64,000 nucleotides of DNA from Planctomycetota bacterium (GCA_044222185.1 JBGANV010000004.1:192001-256000); one strand, 5' to 3'. Positions 37,846 through 47,442 are shown, counted from the first letter of the stretch. Notes: generated from the letters alone by a model not told the origin. Numbers and translations: made by a program.

Positions 37846-38083
37846 GTCGGAGCGCCGCGTCCACCGCCGTCTCGGCGGGGACCGGCAGGATCGCCGCGCG
37901 TCTCGCGCGGTCCGGCGGGCGCGGCTTGCGGCTCGGTGCGAGATCACCGATGGCTGCATGATCATCGAAAGTCCCGCGGCGGATCCACGCCCGCCGGCCC
38001 GGACGCCTCGGCTGCGCCTCGTTCGTCCGGCGATCCTGCCGATCGCGCCGCCGCTGACGCGACGGGACGATCGGCGCTCCGAC
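37846..38083. repeat. Nested-palindrome intergenic element, copy 1 (full)
   Basis: Terminal inverted repeat GTCGGAGCGCCG/CGGCGCTCCGAC. Inner IRs at 37883-37896/38028-38041 and 37912-37921/37988-37997. Confidence 0.85.
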
Positions 38084-38137
38084 TCGCGTTCGAAGAGCGG
38101 AAGGGTCGGGCCTGTCACCCTTTCGCGATCGGTCGGA

Positions 38138-38219
38138 GGAGCGCCGCGTCCACCGCCGTCTCGGCGGGGACCGGCAGGATCGCCGCGCGTCTCGCGCGGT
38201 CCGGCGGGCGCGGCTTGCG
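38138..38219. repeat. Nested-palindrome element, copy 2 (left part only)
   Basis: 82 nt identical to 37849-37930. Confidence 0.9.
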
Positions 38220-38270
38220 TGCGCACTCACGATCTCCGCCGGCTCTCGCGCTCGCACCCGCGATCGCGCG

Positions 38271-38876
38271 TCACACCTTCGCCACGAACGGCACTGAGAG
38301 CTTGTGCGGGCCGAAGGTGATCTCGATGGTGCCGTCATTCGGCTTCTTGCCGGCCGTGACCGCGATCGAGAGCCTGTCCGCCGCCTTCTCCGCCGCTGAA
38401 TGCGTCAGCGGCGCGACGATGCCACCCGTGCTGTTGGCGGCTCCGAAGGCATCCATCTTGGCGGCGCGCAGCGGCGCGGGGTCGAGGAAGACGAGCCCCC
38501 ACTTGTCCTTCGCCGGGTGTTCGATGGCGACATAGTAGAGCCCCGGCGGGACCTTCTGTCCGCCGATCGTCACCTCGACGCAGGTGTCGAAGCTCGTCCA
38601 CGCGTCCTTGCCGAATCGCCACCGCTTGGCGTCGGGCGACTCGAGTTGCTTCTCGTATTCGGACTTCCAATCGGGCTGTCCATATTGGAACCAGAACTCG
38701 CCGGCGATCGGGTTCGCGCGGTTGTCGCCGAAATACACCATGCGGGCAAAGCCGCGCTCGCCGGATTGCGCGAAGGGCTTCACTTCGCTGGCGGCGACGA
38801 AGGCGAGCGGCGCCGAGCCGAGAAGCATGAGGACGAAGAGGGGGATGGCAGATTGGCGCACGGGAAGTGACGTCAT
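38271..38876 (-). CDS. DUF2911-like secreted protein
   Basis: Signal peptide. QYGQP, WRFG and VTIGGQKVPPGLY motifs. Confidence 0.7.
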   Translation of the reverse strand: MTSLPVRQSAIPLFVLMLLGSAPLAFVAASEVKPFAQSGERGFARMVYFGDNRANPIAGEFWFQYGQPDWKSEYEKQLESPDAKRWRFGKDAWTSFDTCVEVTIGGQKVPPGLYYVAIEHPAKDKWGLVFLDPAPLRAAKMDAFGAANSTGGIVAPLTHSAAEKAADRLSIAVTAGKKPNDGTIEITFGPHKLSVPFVAKV

Positions 38877-39208
38877 GAACGCTCCGTCAGGGCAGGATGC
38901 GGCGCCGCGGCGGCCGTCGGGCGGCGGCAGCGCGGGTCCGCGTGGGGAGACAGCGTTCATGCAAACGGTGAGCCTCGTCACCAGCCGCGACATCGGTCGG
39001 ACAGGGCAGCGCAGTTCGCATAGGACGAGGCGACCCTTCCGGCCTCCACACCGGTCGCTGGCAAGGGCGAGGCGCCCTGCCGAAGGCGGGAGCGCGGGAT
39101 CGCGGCGCCTGTAGTGCGACGAGGCGCGGGTGAGCGGCTCCGCACGCCGAGCGGGCTCCAGGCAGTACCATGCCTGCGGTCGATCCCGGCCGAGGACCCA
39201 TTTCCCGC

Positions 39209-39646
39209 ATGGCGCACCCCGATCTGAACGCCCTCGCTGGCGCGCTCGTTCCCATGGCGAAGAAGCTCCTGGAAGAGCAAGGGGGGTTCCTGCCGTTTGG
39301 CGGCGTCGTCCAGGTCAGCGGCGAGGTCGTGCACCTCTCGGGAGTGAGCGACGGCAAGGCCCTGAAGGCGGACGCGATCATCGAGACCTACGAACTCAAC
39401 CTGCATGACCTCGCGCGGTCGGGCTCGATCCGCGCGAGCGCGCTCGTGATCGATGCGAAGGTGACGCGGCCTGGCGAGCAAAACCCCTCGGACGTGATCT
39501 GCGTGAGGCTCGAGCATGCGACCGGCGAAGCCTTGGAGATCTTCGTGCCGTATTGCGTCGTCACCCGCAGCTGCGTCGAATATCGCCCGCTCTTTGCCGC
39601 CCGCGGTCGCCGCACCGTGTTCGTGCCGGACGAGGCGGATCTTTAG
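39209..39646 (+). CDS. Hypothetical protein
   Basis: RBS GAGGA and protein-like composition (AKKLLEEQGGFLPFG...VRLEH...VPY). Confidence 0.65.
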   Translation: MAHPDLNALAGALVPMAKKLLEEQGGFLPFGGVVQVSGEVVHLSGVSDGKALKADAIIETYELNLHDLARSGSIRASALVIDAKVTRPGEQNPSDVICVRLEHATGEALEIFVPYCVVTRSCVEYRPLFAARGRRTVFVPDEADL

Positions 39647-39667
39647 CCGTGCGTCGAGCTCGATCTT

Positions 39668-39897
39668 CGGAGCGCCGCGTCCACCGCCGTCACGGCGGGG
39701 ACCGGCAGGATCGCCGCGCGTCCCGCGCGGTCCGGCGGGCGTTGCATGCGGTTCGGTGCGAGGTCACTGACATCGGCATGATCATCGTCCGGCCCATTGC
39801 CAATCGACGCCCGTTGGCCCGGGCGACCTCGCGGCGCTGGGGCCGCCCGGCGATCCTGCCGCGCGTACTCGCGGCGCTGCGGTCGTGCGGCGCTCCG
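39668..39897. repeat. Nested-palindrome element, copy 3 (full, diverged)
   Basis: Terminal IR CGGAGCGCCGC/GCGGCGCTCCG. The same inner IR occurs at 39703-39716/39848-39861. The left about 75 nt are nearly identical to copy 1. Confidence 0.85.
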
Positions 39898-40051
39898 GTG
39901 TCGGCGGATCGCCGCGCGTCTTGTGCGGGCCAACTGGCGGCGACCGTGGCTCGGCGTGCGAGAATGCGACCCAAACATGGACGCGAACACGAGGCAACCT
40001 GAACGCATGAGTCCGGTGGCACCGCCGACGAAGGATGATCGACGCGAAGAG

Positions 40052-40687
40052 ATGCGAGAGCCTCGCCTGTGGTGGTTTCTTCCGAGCGTAGCGATTGCCG
40101 GCTGGCTTACCTGGCGAGCGGCGGAATCGGGCCTGGAACTCACCGCCAAGGTGGCCGCAGCCAGCGGGTGTTTGGGGCTCCTGGCACTCGTGGTTCACCG
40201 CGGGAGGAAGCGGTGGCTCGGTCTCTGCGCCGGGTTCGCGTGCGTCTCCGGCACCGGGCTTGCCATTCTCTCGGTCGGGTTCTTTGCGCTGGTAGGCGAA
40301 GCGCCGATCTCGTCGGAAGCGGAGTGGCCGTCCGCGCTGACGTCGATCGCCGCCCTCGACGGAGCCGATCGTGCGAGCGCGCACGCGGCCGACCTTGGAG
40401 GCTACATCGACACGGAGGCTGCGTGGTGCATCCGCATCGATGCCCGCCTTCTGCCGGAGGCGCAGCGGCTTGCTGGCGTCGAACCGATCGAGCCGTCATC
40501 GATCCCGCGGTGCTTCTGGACGGCGTTTCCCCGCGCATGGCACCCGACCGCTCGCGCAGGGCAGCGGTGCTTCGCGACGCCAGGGTTTCCCGTCGACTCG
40601 ACGCGCCCCGGCGGCGTATTCCTGATGGCCGTGTTCGATCCGGGGACGGGCTTCCTTCACGTCTGGGAGAAGCGCAACTTCGGGTGA
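40052..40687 (+). CDS. Hypothetical membrane protein (start uncertain)
   Basis: Three N-terminal hydrophobic segments. The ORF fills the gap up to the convergent methyltransferase gene. Confidence 0.5.
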   Translation: MREPRLWWFLPSVAIAGWLTWRAAESGLELTAKVAAASGCLGLLALVVHRGRKRWLGLCAGFACVSGTGLAILSVGFFALVGEAPISSEAEWPSALTSIAALDGADRASAHAADLGGYIDTEAAWCIRIDARLLPEAQRLAGVEPIEPSSIPRCFWTAFPRAWHPTARAGQRCFATPGFPVDSTRPGGVFLMAVFDPGTGFLHVWEKRNFG

Positions 40688-40718
40688 CGGCGCGCGGCAG
40701 TCCGCGACGACCCTCACC

Positions 40719-41816
40719 TCATCCGGCCGCGAACGGCAACTCGCCCGCAGGGGCAGGCTCGGCCTCGCGCAGCGGCGCGCGTGAGTGGGAGGCGATCCAG
40801 CGATCGTCGCCCGCGGGCTCGACCCCGTCGACGCGCAGGAATTCGAGATCGACTTCCTGTTCCGTGATGACGGGGAAACCATAGGTGGCGTTCGTGTAGC
40901 CGATCTCTTTTCCCGCGGCGAGACGTTCGGCGACGAAGGCGGCGTGGTCGGCGAAGCGTCGTTGGGTTCGGTCGCGTCCCACGTCGGCGGCGGCACGGAG
41001 GGATCGGGCGATCGACGGAGCCAGGGCGACGTCGCGCTCGATGCCGATGCTCGACCGCCCCGAAGCGACGGCGGCCGCCAGCGTGGTGCCGACGCCGGCG
41101 AACGGATCGAGGACCGTGTCACCCGCCATCGACAGCATCTGAATGAGCCGATACGGCACCTCGAACGGGAACGCCGCGCTGCGCTCCCGCATCTCCGGAT
41201 CCCCGAGCGTCTGGCGTGTGCCGGTGAGGCTCGTCCACACGTCCGAGAACCAGGCGTTGCGCTCCTCCCAGAAGAACGCGCTGCGCCGCCGCGCGAGCTT
41301 CTCGGCCGGAGACGCGAAGACGCGCTTCGGGCCCTTGCGAAAGATCAGGATGTACTCGTGCTCGTACGTGACGTACGCGCCCGCAGGCAGCATCCCCGAG
41401 CCCATGAACTTGTTCGGTGCGTTCGTCGGCTTGCGCCAGAGGATGTCGGGCAGCGCGATGAAGCCCGCCGCCTGCATCGCCTGCGAGATCCGCGCATGGT
41501 TCGTGTAGAGCCGAAACTCACCCTCGATGGTGCGCGTGGCGTCGCCGACGTTGATGCACACGAATCCGCCGTCGGCGACGGCGCGGAACGCCGCGCGCCA
41601 CACGTCATCGAGGATCACGTGCATCCTCTCGAACGCCGCGCCACCATCTCCCGCGTCGAGCGCCTGGGCCACGCGCGGATCGAGAGCCGAGAAGATCCCG
41701 TCCCACATCTCGATCATGGGATACGGCGGCGACGTCACGAGGAGCTGCACCATCCCCGGCTCGGTGAACTCCAGCGCACGCGCGTCGCCGACGATCAGCC
41801 GATGGTGCGTCTTCAT
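40719..41816 (-). CDS. Site-specific DNA methyltransferase (beta-class, probably N4-cytosine), orphan
   Basis: Motif IV VTSPPY precedes motif I VLDPFAGVGTT. Confidence 0.9.
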   Translation of the reverse strand: MKTHHRLIVGDARALEFTEPGMVQLLVTSPPYPMIEMWDGIFSALDPRVAQALDAGDGGAAFERMHVILDDVWRAAFRAVADGGFVCINVGDATRTIEGEFRLYTNHARISQAMQAAGFIALPDILWRKPTNAPNKFMGSGMLPAGAYVTYEHEYILIFRKGPKRVFASPAEKLARRRSAFFWEERNAWFSDVWTSLTGTRQTLGDPEMRERSAAFPFEVPYRLIQMLSMAGDTVLDPFAGVGTTLAAAVASGRSSIGIERDVALAPSIARSLRAAADVGRDRTQRRFADHAAFVAERLAAGKEIGYTNATYGFPVITEQEVDLEFLRVDGVEPAGDDRWIASHSRAPLREAEPAPAGELPFAAG

Positions 41817-41830
41817 GGGCGAGTCAGGCT

Positions 41831-43348
41831 TCACGGCAACACGGTGAACTCGAGCGCGTCCGTCAGCACCACGCCCGTGGGCGCCAACGGGTCCAGCGAT
41901 GCGAACTGAACCCAGGCTCGCGCGCACGCGAAGATCGGATCGGTGGGAACGGGGAACGTGATCTCTGCGCATCCGCTGGAGTCGGCGGGCACGGGGAGGA
42001 AGAACCCCGGATCCGGGTCGACCCACAGGTTGCCGGCCGGCGGCAGCGGGTAGGGGAGCGGCTGCCCGAGCCCGACCGAGAAGCTGCTGCTGGTTCCCAG
42101 GAGCAGGTAGGCCGTCGTGAACGGGTAGGTGTTCGCCGTCGCGAGCGTCACGGTCGCTCGATGCGATGGCGCGTAGCCGTTGGCGCTCACCTTCATCACG
42201 CTGTTGAACCCCACGCCGCCGACGCCGAAGAGATACGGATCGGGGCGCAGCTGCCCGCGAAGCTCGCCCTGCGGGAAGGCGGTCGTCGCGACGCTGACGT
42301 ACAACCGCGCGCGGTAGAGGTCGTTCACCTGCGACGGCGTGAGCGCGAGCGTTCCATTCCAACTCGTCGGCCCACCTGCGAGCGTGGCGACGAGCGCGCC
42401 GTTGCCCCCGTCCGGCCCGCGATTGACGGTCACGGCCGGCGGTGAGCCGGCGAACGCCGACGTTTCCACGTGGTAGACGAGCTGGGACGTCACGGGATCG
42501 AACTCGCCCCAGCCGCACCCCGTCGCCGACGTGGCCGCCGGGGGAACGACGTGGGTGCCAGACAACGGGATCGAGAAGGAAGCGTGCGCGGGCGTCACGG
42601 CCCCGCGGATCTCCCCGGCCGGAAACGCGGGCGATTCCACGCTGATGTAGGTGTTGGTCGCGAGCAACTGGACGACCTCAGCCGGGCTCAGGGCCTCGGA
42701 TACACCGCAGAAGTGGCCATCGGCCCCCGTCAGCTCGACGGCGACGGGGCCGTTCGAGCCAGGGGCTCCGATCCTGAGCCGAGCCGCCGAGGCCGGAGCG
42801 ACCCCGGTCGTGCGCACGTCGAAAACGAGCACGCCGTCCGGCTCGTTCAGGCGGATCGTCGCCCTCCCGGTGGCCGTGCTTGCGGTCGGTGGGACGACCT
42901 GGGCGCCAGTGAGCGTGGCTTCGTAGTAGGTCTTCTTGACGGGCTGGAGCTGGCCCCGCACCTCACCGGCGGGGAACGCCGGCGTGAACGCGATGACGTG
43001 GAGCCCCTCCTCGTGCGCCGCGAGCGCCTGCGCCGGGGTGAGCGCGCCGGTCGTTCCGTCGAAGACCACGGGCCCACCGGCCAGGGTGAACAGGGTCGGG
43101 CCGTTCGATCCCGCAGATCCCAGCCGGATCTCCGCGGACCCGGCGAAAGCTCCGATCAGCACGAAGTAGTAGGTGATCGTGTGGGACGGCTCGTTCAGGG
43201 TGAAAACGCCGACGCCACCCGCGGTCGACGCCGTCGGCGGGACGACGTTCTGACCGCTGACGACGGTTTCGAGCTGCCACTGACCGAGCGAGATCGTGGT
43301 GAGAAGCCCTATCGACACGAGGGCACGAGCAAGGACGCGTGGAACCAT
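41831..43348 (-). CDS. Secreted triple-CHRD-domain protein with shared C-terminal domain
   Basis: Three repeats of L.G..VVPP.AS.A.G...G.NGP...FP.GE.RG. Signal peptide. Confidence 0.85.
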   Translation of the reverse strand: MVPRVLARALVSIGLLTTISLGQWQLETVVSGQNVVPPTASTAGGVGVFTLNEPSHTITYYFVLIGAFAGSAEIRLGSAGSNGPTLFTLAGGPVVFDGTTGALTPAQALAAHEEGLHVIAFTPAFPAGEVRGQLQPVKKTYYEATLTGAQVVPPTASTATGRATIRLNEPDGVLVFDVRTTGVAPASAARLRIGAPGSNGPVAVELTGADGHFCGVSEALSPAEVVQLLATNTYISVESPAFPAGEIRGAVTPAHASFSIPLSGTHVVPPAATSATGCGWGEFDPVTSQLVYHVETSAFAGSPPAVTVNRGPDGGNGALVATLAGGPTSWNGTLALTPSQVNDLYRARLYVSVATTAFPQGELRGQLRPDPYLFGVGGVGFNSVMKVSANGYAPSHRATVTLATANTYPFTTAYLLLGTSSSFSVGLGQPLPYPLPPAGNLWVDPDPGFFLPVPADSSGCAEITFPVPTDPIFACARAWVQFASLDPLAPTGVVLTDALEFTVLP

Positions 43349-43779
43349 GGCGGCACTCCTGGGCCGGGGGAACGCGGCCGACGTGGGTGTGCACTGTACG
43401 CGGGATCGGCCTGCCCCTCCGCATCCCAAAGTCGATGCAACGCCGGCGGCACCGCCGGCATTTTTCAGAACTGAGCCCGCCGCGTGGCTCGACCGTGTGT
43501 GTTCCGCCGAGCGCCCGCTGTTGGTGCGCTTCCACGGTCGACCCGCCGGCGGGTTCGTTCTCCCTCGTCTCGTTCGCCACTCGCCGTTCCGCGTTCGCGG
43601 GTAGACTGCCGTTACCCGAAAAAAGCCCGGCACTGTCATTTCAGGAAGTGCCACGACGCTTTGTCGAACGGAAAGGGAACGGAACCCGGCGGCGCCAGAT
43701 CCCCATGGGCGGATCGGACGCGAGGCTCGGGGTATGGATCCAATCTCTTTCGCGTGCGGCCGGAGAAAGGCGCAATGAG

Positions 43780-44469
43780 ATGGATCGGGTGGCTCAGGAT
43801 GTAGCGAATTGGATTCGGGCCGTCGCCAAGCCGGCGAACGTGGTGATCGGACCGCCCACGGATGGTGGAAGCGAGCTGACGATCTCCCTGCACCTCCACG
43901 GCATGCGACATGATCTGTCGGCGGCGATGCCGCGCAGCTCAGCGACGAAGCATGCCGTGCCACTCAGCGTCGTGGTGCGGTTCCTCGTGTGCGTCTCGTC
44001 TCCGGATCCAGCGGCGGCCCTCGCGATGCTCAGCACCGTCGTCTTCGCGGCCCTCGAAAAGCCCGGATTCCGCCTGGATCTGGATCCACCGCCGCCCGAG
44101 TTCTGGTTGGCTCACGGGGTTCGGCCGCAGCCGTCGTTCATCATCGAGGCGCCGTGCGTGCACGAGCGCCCCGGTCGCCAGGCCAAGCCGGTGCGCGAGG
44201 TGGTGCTCAAGGGCACTCCGCTCCGCACGCTCGAGGGCGTCGTCGTCGACAAGCAGGACAAGCCGATCAGCGGCGTTACCGTCGACCTCCCCGCGCTCGA
44301 ACTGACCGTTCGCACCGACAACAAGGGCCGCTTCATCTTCGCGGCCGTACCCAGGGACCTCGGCACGAAGACCTTCCGCTTGCGCGCTCGCGGCAAGGAG
44401 ATCTCCGTGCGCGCGCCGAGCCCGACGGCGCCGATGCCTTTCACAATCCGCTTCCCAGATTTGGAGTGA
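43780..44469 (+). CDS. CIS Pvc16/DUF4255-like terminator-cap protein fused to a carboxypeptidase-regulatory-like domain
   Basis: First gene before the sheath. FW...G..PQPSF motif and C-terminal G.VVD....PISG...RTDNKGRFIF. Confidence 0.65.
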   Translation: MDRVAQDVANWIRAVAKPANVVIGPPTDGGSELTISLHLHGMRHDLSAAMPRSSATKHAVPLSVVVRFLVCVSSPDPAAALAMLSTVVFAALEKPGFRLDLDPPPPEFWLAHGVRPQPSFIIEAPCVHERPGRQAKPVREVVLKGTPLRTLEGVVVDKQDKPISGVTVDLPALELTVRTDNKGRFIFAAVPRDLGTKTFRLRARGKEISVRAPSPTAPMPFTIRFPDLE

Positions 44470-44473
44470 TGAC

Positions 44474-45673
44474 ATGCCGAACTACATGACACCCGGGGTC
44501 TACGTCGAGGAGATCTCGACGGGACCGCGACCGATCCAGGCCGTCGGCACGAGCACGGCCGGGTTCGTCGGAGTTGCGCCCAACGCGACGGCGCACGTGA
44601 ACGAGGCGTTCGCCGTCACGAACTGGTCGCAGTTCCTGCGGGAGTTCGTGGGCAAGGCCACCAAGTCCACTCCGCTCTCCCACGCGGTGTTCGGCTTCTT
44701 CAACAACGGCGGCCAGCGCTGCTACGTCGTCAACATCGGAGACGCGAAGACGATCGGCGGCGGGGCCTCGGGCAAGAAGGGCATCCAGGTTCTCGAATCG
44801 ATCGACGAGATCGCCATCGTCGCCGCGCCCGGGTACTCGGACGCCGCGTCCTACGACATGCTCATCTCGCATGCCGAAGGGCTGAAGGATCGGGTGGCCG
44901 TGCTCGACGCGCCGAAAGACGTGGCGAACATCGACCTCCTGAAGCAGGTCGCCGTGGCAACGCCCACGGGCGCTGGCGCAGCCGCTGCGTCCGCGGCCGC
45001 CACCGCAGGGCTTCGCCCGCGGCAATCCGACCAGGGTTTCGGTGCGTTCTACTTCCCGTGGATCTACGTGCGCGATCCGCTCTCGCCGGACGATCTCGTC
45101 GCCGTGCCTCCGAGCGGTCACCTCGCGGGCATCTACGCCCGAACGGACGCCACTCGCGGTGTGCACAAGGCGCCGGCCAATGAAGCCATTCGCGGCGCGT
45201 TGAACCTGACCTACCGCATCAGTCGCCAGGAGCAGGGCGAGCTGAACCAGCTCGGCGTCAACTGCCTGCGGTTCTTCCCGAAGGAAGGCATCCGGGTGTG
45301 GGGCGCGCGCACGCTCGCCGATGGGGCGGGCGAGTGGCGGTATCTGAACGTGCGCCGGCTGTTCAACATGATCGAGAACTCGATCATGAACAGCACGCGG
45401 TGGGTGGTGTTCGAACCGAACGATCGCACCCTGTGGAAGGCGATTCGCCGCGACATCACGGCGTTCCTCACGTTGCTCTGGCGCGATGGCGCGCTCATGG
45501 GCGCGACGCCGGAAGAAGCGTTCTTCGTCCAGTGCGACGAGGAGACGAACCCGCCCGAGAGCATAGACGAAGGACGCGTGGTCACCATGATCGGCGTGGC
45601 CCCCGTGAAGCCCGCCGAGTTCATCATCTTCCGCATCGGCCAGCACGCCGGCGGTGCACAGGTCGAAGTCTGA
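44474..45673 (+). CDS. Contractile tail sheath protein
   Basis: TPGVYVEE, VPPSGHLAG, RGVHKAPANE, VWGARTL, WRYLNVRR and VKPAEF motifs. Confidence 0.97.
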   Translation: MPNYMTPGVYVEEISTGPRPIQAVGTSTAGFVGVAPNATAHVNEAFAVTNWSQFLREFVGKATKSTPLSHAVFGFFNNGGQRCYVVNIGDAKTIGGGASGKKGIQVLESIDEIAIVAAPGYSDAASYDMLISHAEGLKDRVAVLDAPKDVANIDLLKQVAVATPTGAGAAAASAAATAGLRPRQSDQGFGAFYFPWIYVRDPLSPDDLVAVPPSGHLAGIYARTDATRGVHKAPANEAIRGALNLTYRISRQEQGELNQLGVNCLRFFPKEGIRVWGARTLADGAGEWRYLNVRRLFNMIENSIMNSTRWVVFEPNDRTLWKAIRRDITAFLTLLWRDGALMGATPEEAFFVQCDEETNPPESIDEGRVVTMIGVAPVKPAEFIIFRIGQHAGGAQVEV

Positions 45674-45690
45674 GATAGGGAGCTCCTACC

Positions 45691-46152
45691 ATGCCGCAAC
45701 CAGCCCCAGCCGGAGCCCAGCCGGGACAGTTCACCGATCCCTACCGGGCCTACAACTTCAAGGTCGAGATCCAGGGCGTGACGGAAGGTCACTTCACGCA
45801 GTGCCAGGGACTCGAGGTCGACGTGCAGGTCATCCAGTACCGCGAGGCCGGCACGAGTCAGATCGTCCATCAGATTCCGGGTCGTGTCGACTACGCGGGC
45901 ATAACGCTCAAGTACGGCGTGACGAACTCGAAGGACCTGTGGGACTGGCTCATGACGGCCGTGCGCGGAAAGGTCGAACGCCGCAACGTGTCGGTCGTCA
46001 TGCTCGGACCCGACGGCGTCGACCCGGTCCTGCGTTGGGATCTGATCAACGCATGGCCGTCCCGCTGGAAGGGCGTCGGCTTCGACGCCCTCTCGCAGGA
46101 GATGGCCATCGAATCGTTGACGCTGGTCTTCGAGTCGCTCGACCGAGGATGA
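45691..46152 (+). CDS. Tail tube protein (T4 gp19-like)
   Basis: DPYRAYNFKVEI, YREAG, ITLKYG, AWPSRW and AIESLTL motifs. Confidence 0.95.
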   Translation: MPQPAPAGAQPGQFTDPYRAYNFKVEIQGVTEGHFTQCQGLEVDVQVIQYREAGTSQIVHQIPGRVDYAGITLKYGVTNSKDLWDWLMTAVRGKVERRNVSVVMLGPDGVDPVLRWDLINAWPSRWKGVGFDALSQEMAIESLTLVFESLDRG

Positions 46153-46155
46153 TCC

Positions 46156-47442
46156 ATGCCGGGCCCGCGACTATCGACGAGGGTTCTCCTCGTTGCCGCC
46201 CGTTGGCTTCAACGCGCGGCGACGGCGCTGATGCGTCGGGCCGCGGCGCGCGAGGCCGGCGAGCAGTCGGAGTCGGCGGGCACGCCTGAGACTCCCGCTG
46301 CCGATGGCTCGGGCGAGGGACCGCCGGCCCATTGGCTTGCGAGGGTGGCGACGATGACGCCGATCGCCGCCGGCGGACACGTCGTCGCGCCCGAGGCGAC
46401 ACCTCTCACGGACACGCCGACGGAAGAACCGGTCGTGATTCGACCGCGGCACGACCCGTCGCCGGTGCAACGCGGCGCTCCGTCGCCAGCGACCACGCCC
46501 GCCCCGCAGGTCGAGACTCGCGCACCCAGTCGCGTCGCACCGCGCGTGGAAGGTCCCGCGCGCGAATCGACGGAAAGCCCGTTGGCGAAGCGACCGGTGC
46601 CGCCGGACGTCGCATCGGCGCCGCGCAATGCAATCGCCCCCGACCAGTCGGAGCGAAGCGCGCCGCACACCGCGGCCGCCACCGAAGGCGGAACGACGAG
46701 GGCTCGTCCGCCTCACATGACTCCCGCCCAGCGCGCTCGCCCGGCGCGAGAGGCACCCGCACCGAGCATTGAATCCCCGAGGCCGGCACCGGCGCGCCCG
46801 GCAGCTCATGCGCCCGAGGAATCCGTCGTCGACCCGTCGCGGATGAGCCGCCCCGTCGATCGCGAGCCCGCACGGCGTTCTCCCGTACACGTGACGGCGT
46901 CGCCATCGAGCGAACATCCGCCCGTGCCCGTGCGCAGGCAGCTCGGTGCCGGCGAGACGACCACGAAACCGGCACCGCCGGCGCGATCGACGGTCGACGT
47001 GACGGCGTCGCCAGCTCGGCGAGACCAGGAGTTCCAATCGCCGTGTTCCGAGCCCTCCGTCCGCAACTCACCGCGACGAATGGCGCCGGCCGGCGACCCA
47101 GCGGCACGGGCGACGACTTCGCGCACGCCGGTTTCGGATCCGCTCGTTCCGCCGACCCGCGCGCAGCGGCCTCGCCCCGAGCTCGCGATGCCCGGTGACG
47201 ACCATCGCGCGCGGCGATCACCCGACATGCCACCGCGCGCTCCGGCGGAGACGCTCCTCCCGGGTGCGCCCGTCTGGCCCTCGCACTTGCCGGCCGACGT
47301 CGAGATCTCGGACGACCGATGGCCAAGCCTGCTGGCGCCCTCTGCACCGCGTCCCGAGGTGCTGGCCGAGCGCGCGGAGCGGGAGCGAGCGCGCCAGCGC
47401 CGGCTTCTTGCCGAGCAGCGAGGTGAATCATGGAGCGCGTAG
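46156..47442 (+). CDS. Pro/Arg/Ala-rich low-complexity CIS protein (tape-measure candidate)
   Basis: Tightly coupled between the tube and initiator genes. Disordered composition with a helical C-terminal tail (WPSL...RRLLAEQRG). Confidence 0.55.
   Translation: MPGPRLSTRVLLVAARWLQRAATALMRRAAAREAGEQSESAGTPETPAADGSGEGPPAHWLARVATMTPIAAGGHVVAPEATPLTDTPTEEPVVIRPRHDPSPVQRGAPSPATTPAPQVETRAPSRVAPRVEGPARESTESPLAKRPVPPDVASAPRNAIAPDQSERSAPHTAAATEGGTTRARPPHMTPAQRARPAREAPAPSIESPRPAPARPAAHAPEESVVDPSRMSRPVDREPARRSPVHVTASPSSEHPPVPVRRQLGAGETTTKPAPPARSTVDVTASPARRDQEFQSPCSEPSVRNSPRRMAPAGDPAARATTSRTPVSDPLVPPTRAQRPRPELAMPGDDHRARRSPDMPPRAPAETLLPGAPVWPSHLPADVEISDDRWPSLLAPSAPRPEVLAERAERERARQRRLLAEQRGESWSA

Noticed and set aside
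37846-39897. CRISPR array or autonomous IS
   Set aside because: The repeats are long, irregularly spaced and separated by genes. There is no repeat-spacer periodicity, no cas gene and no transposase.
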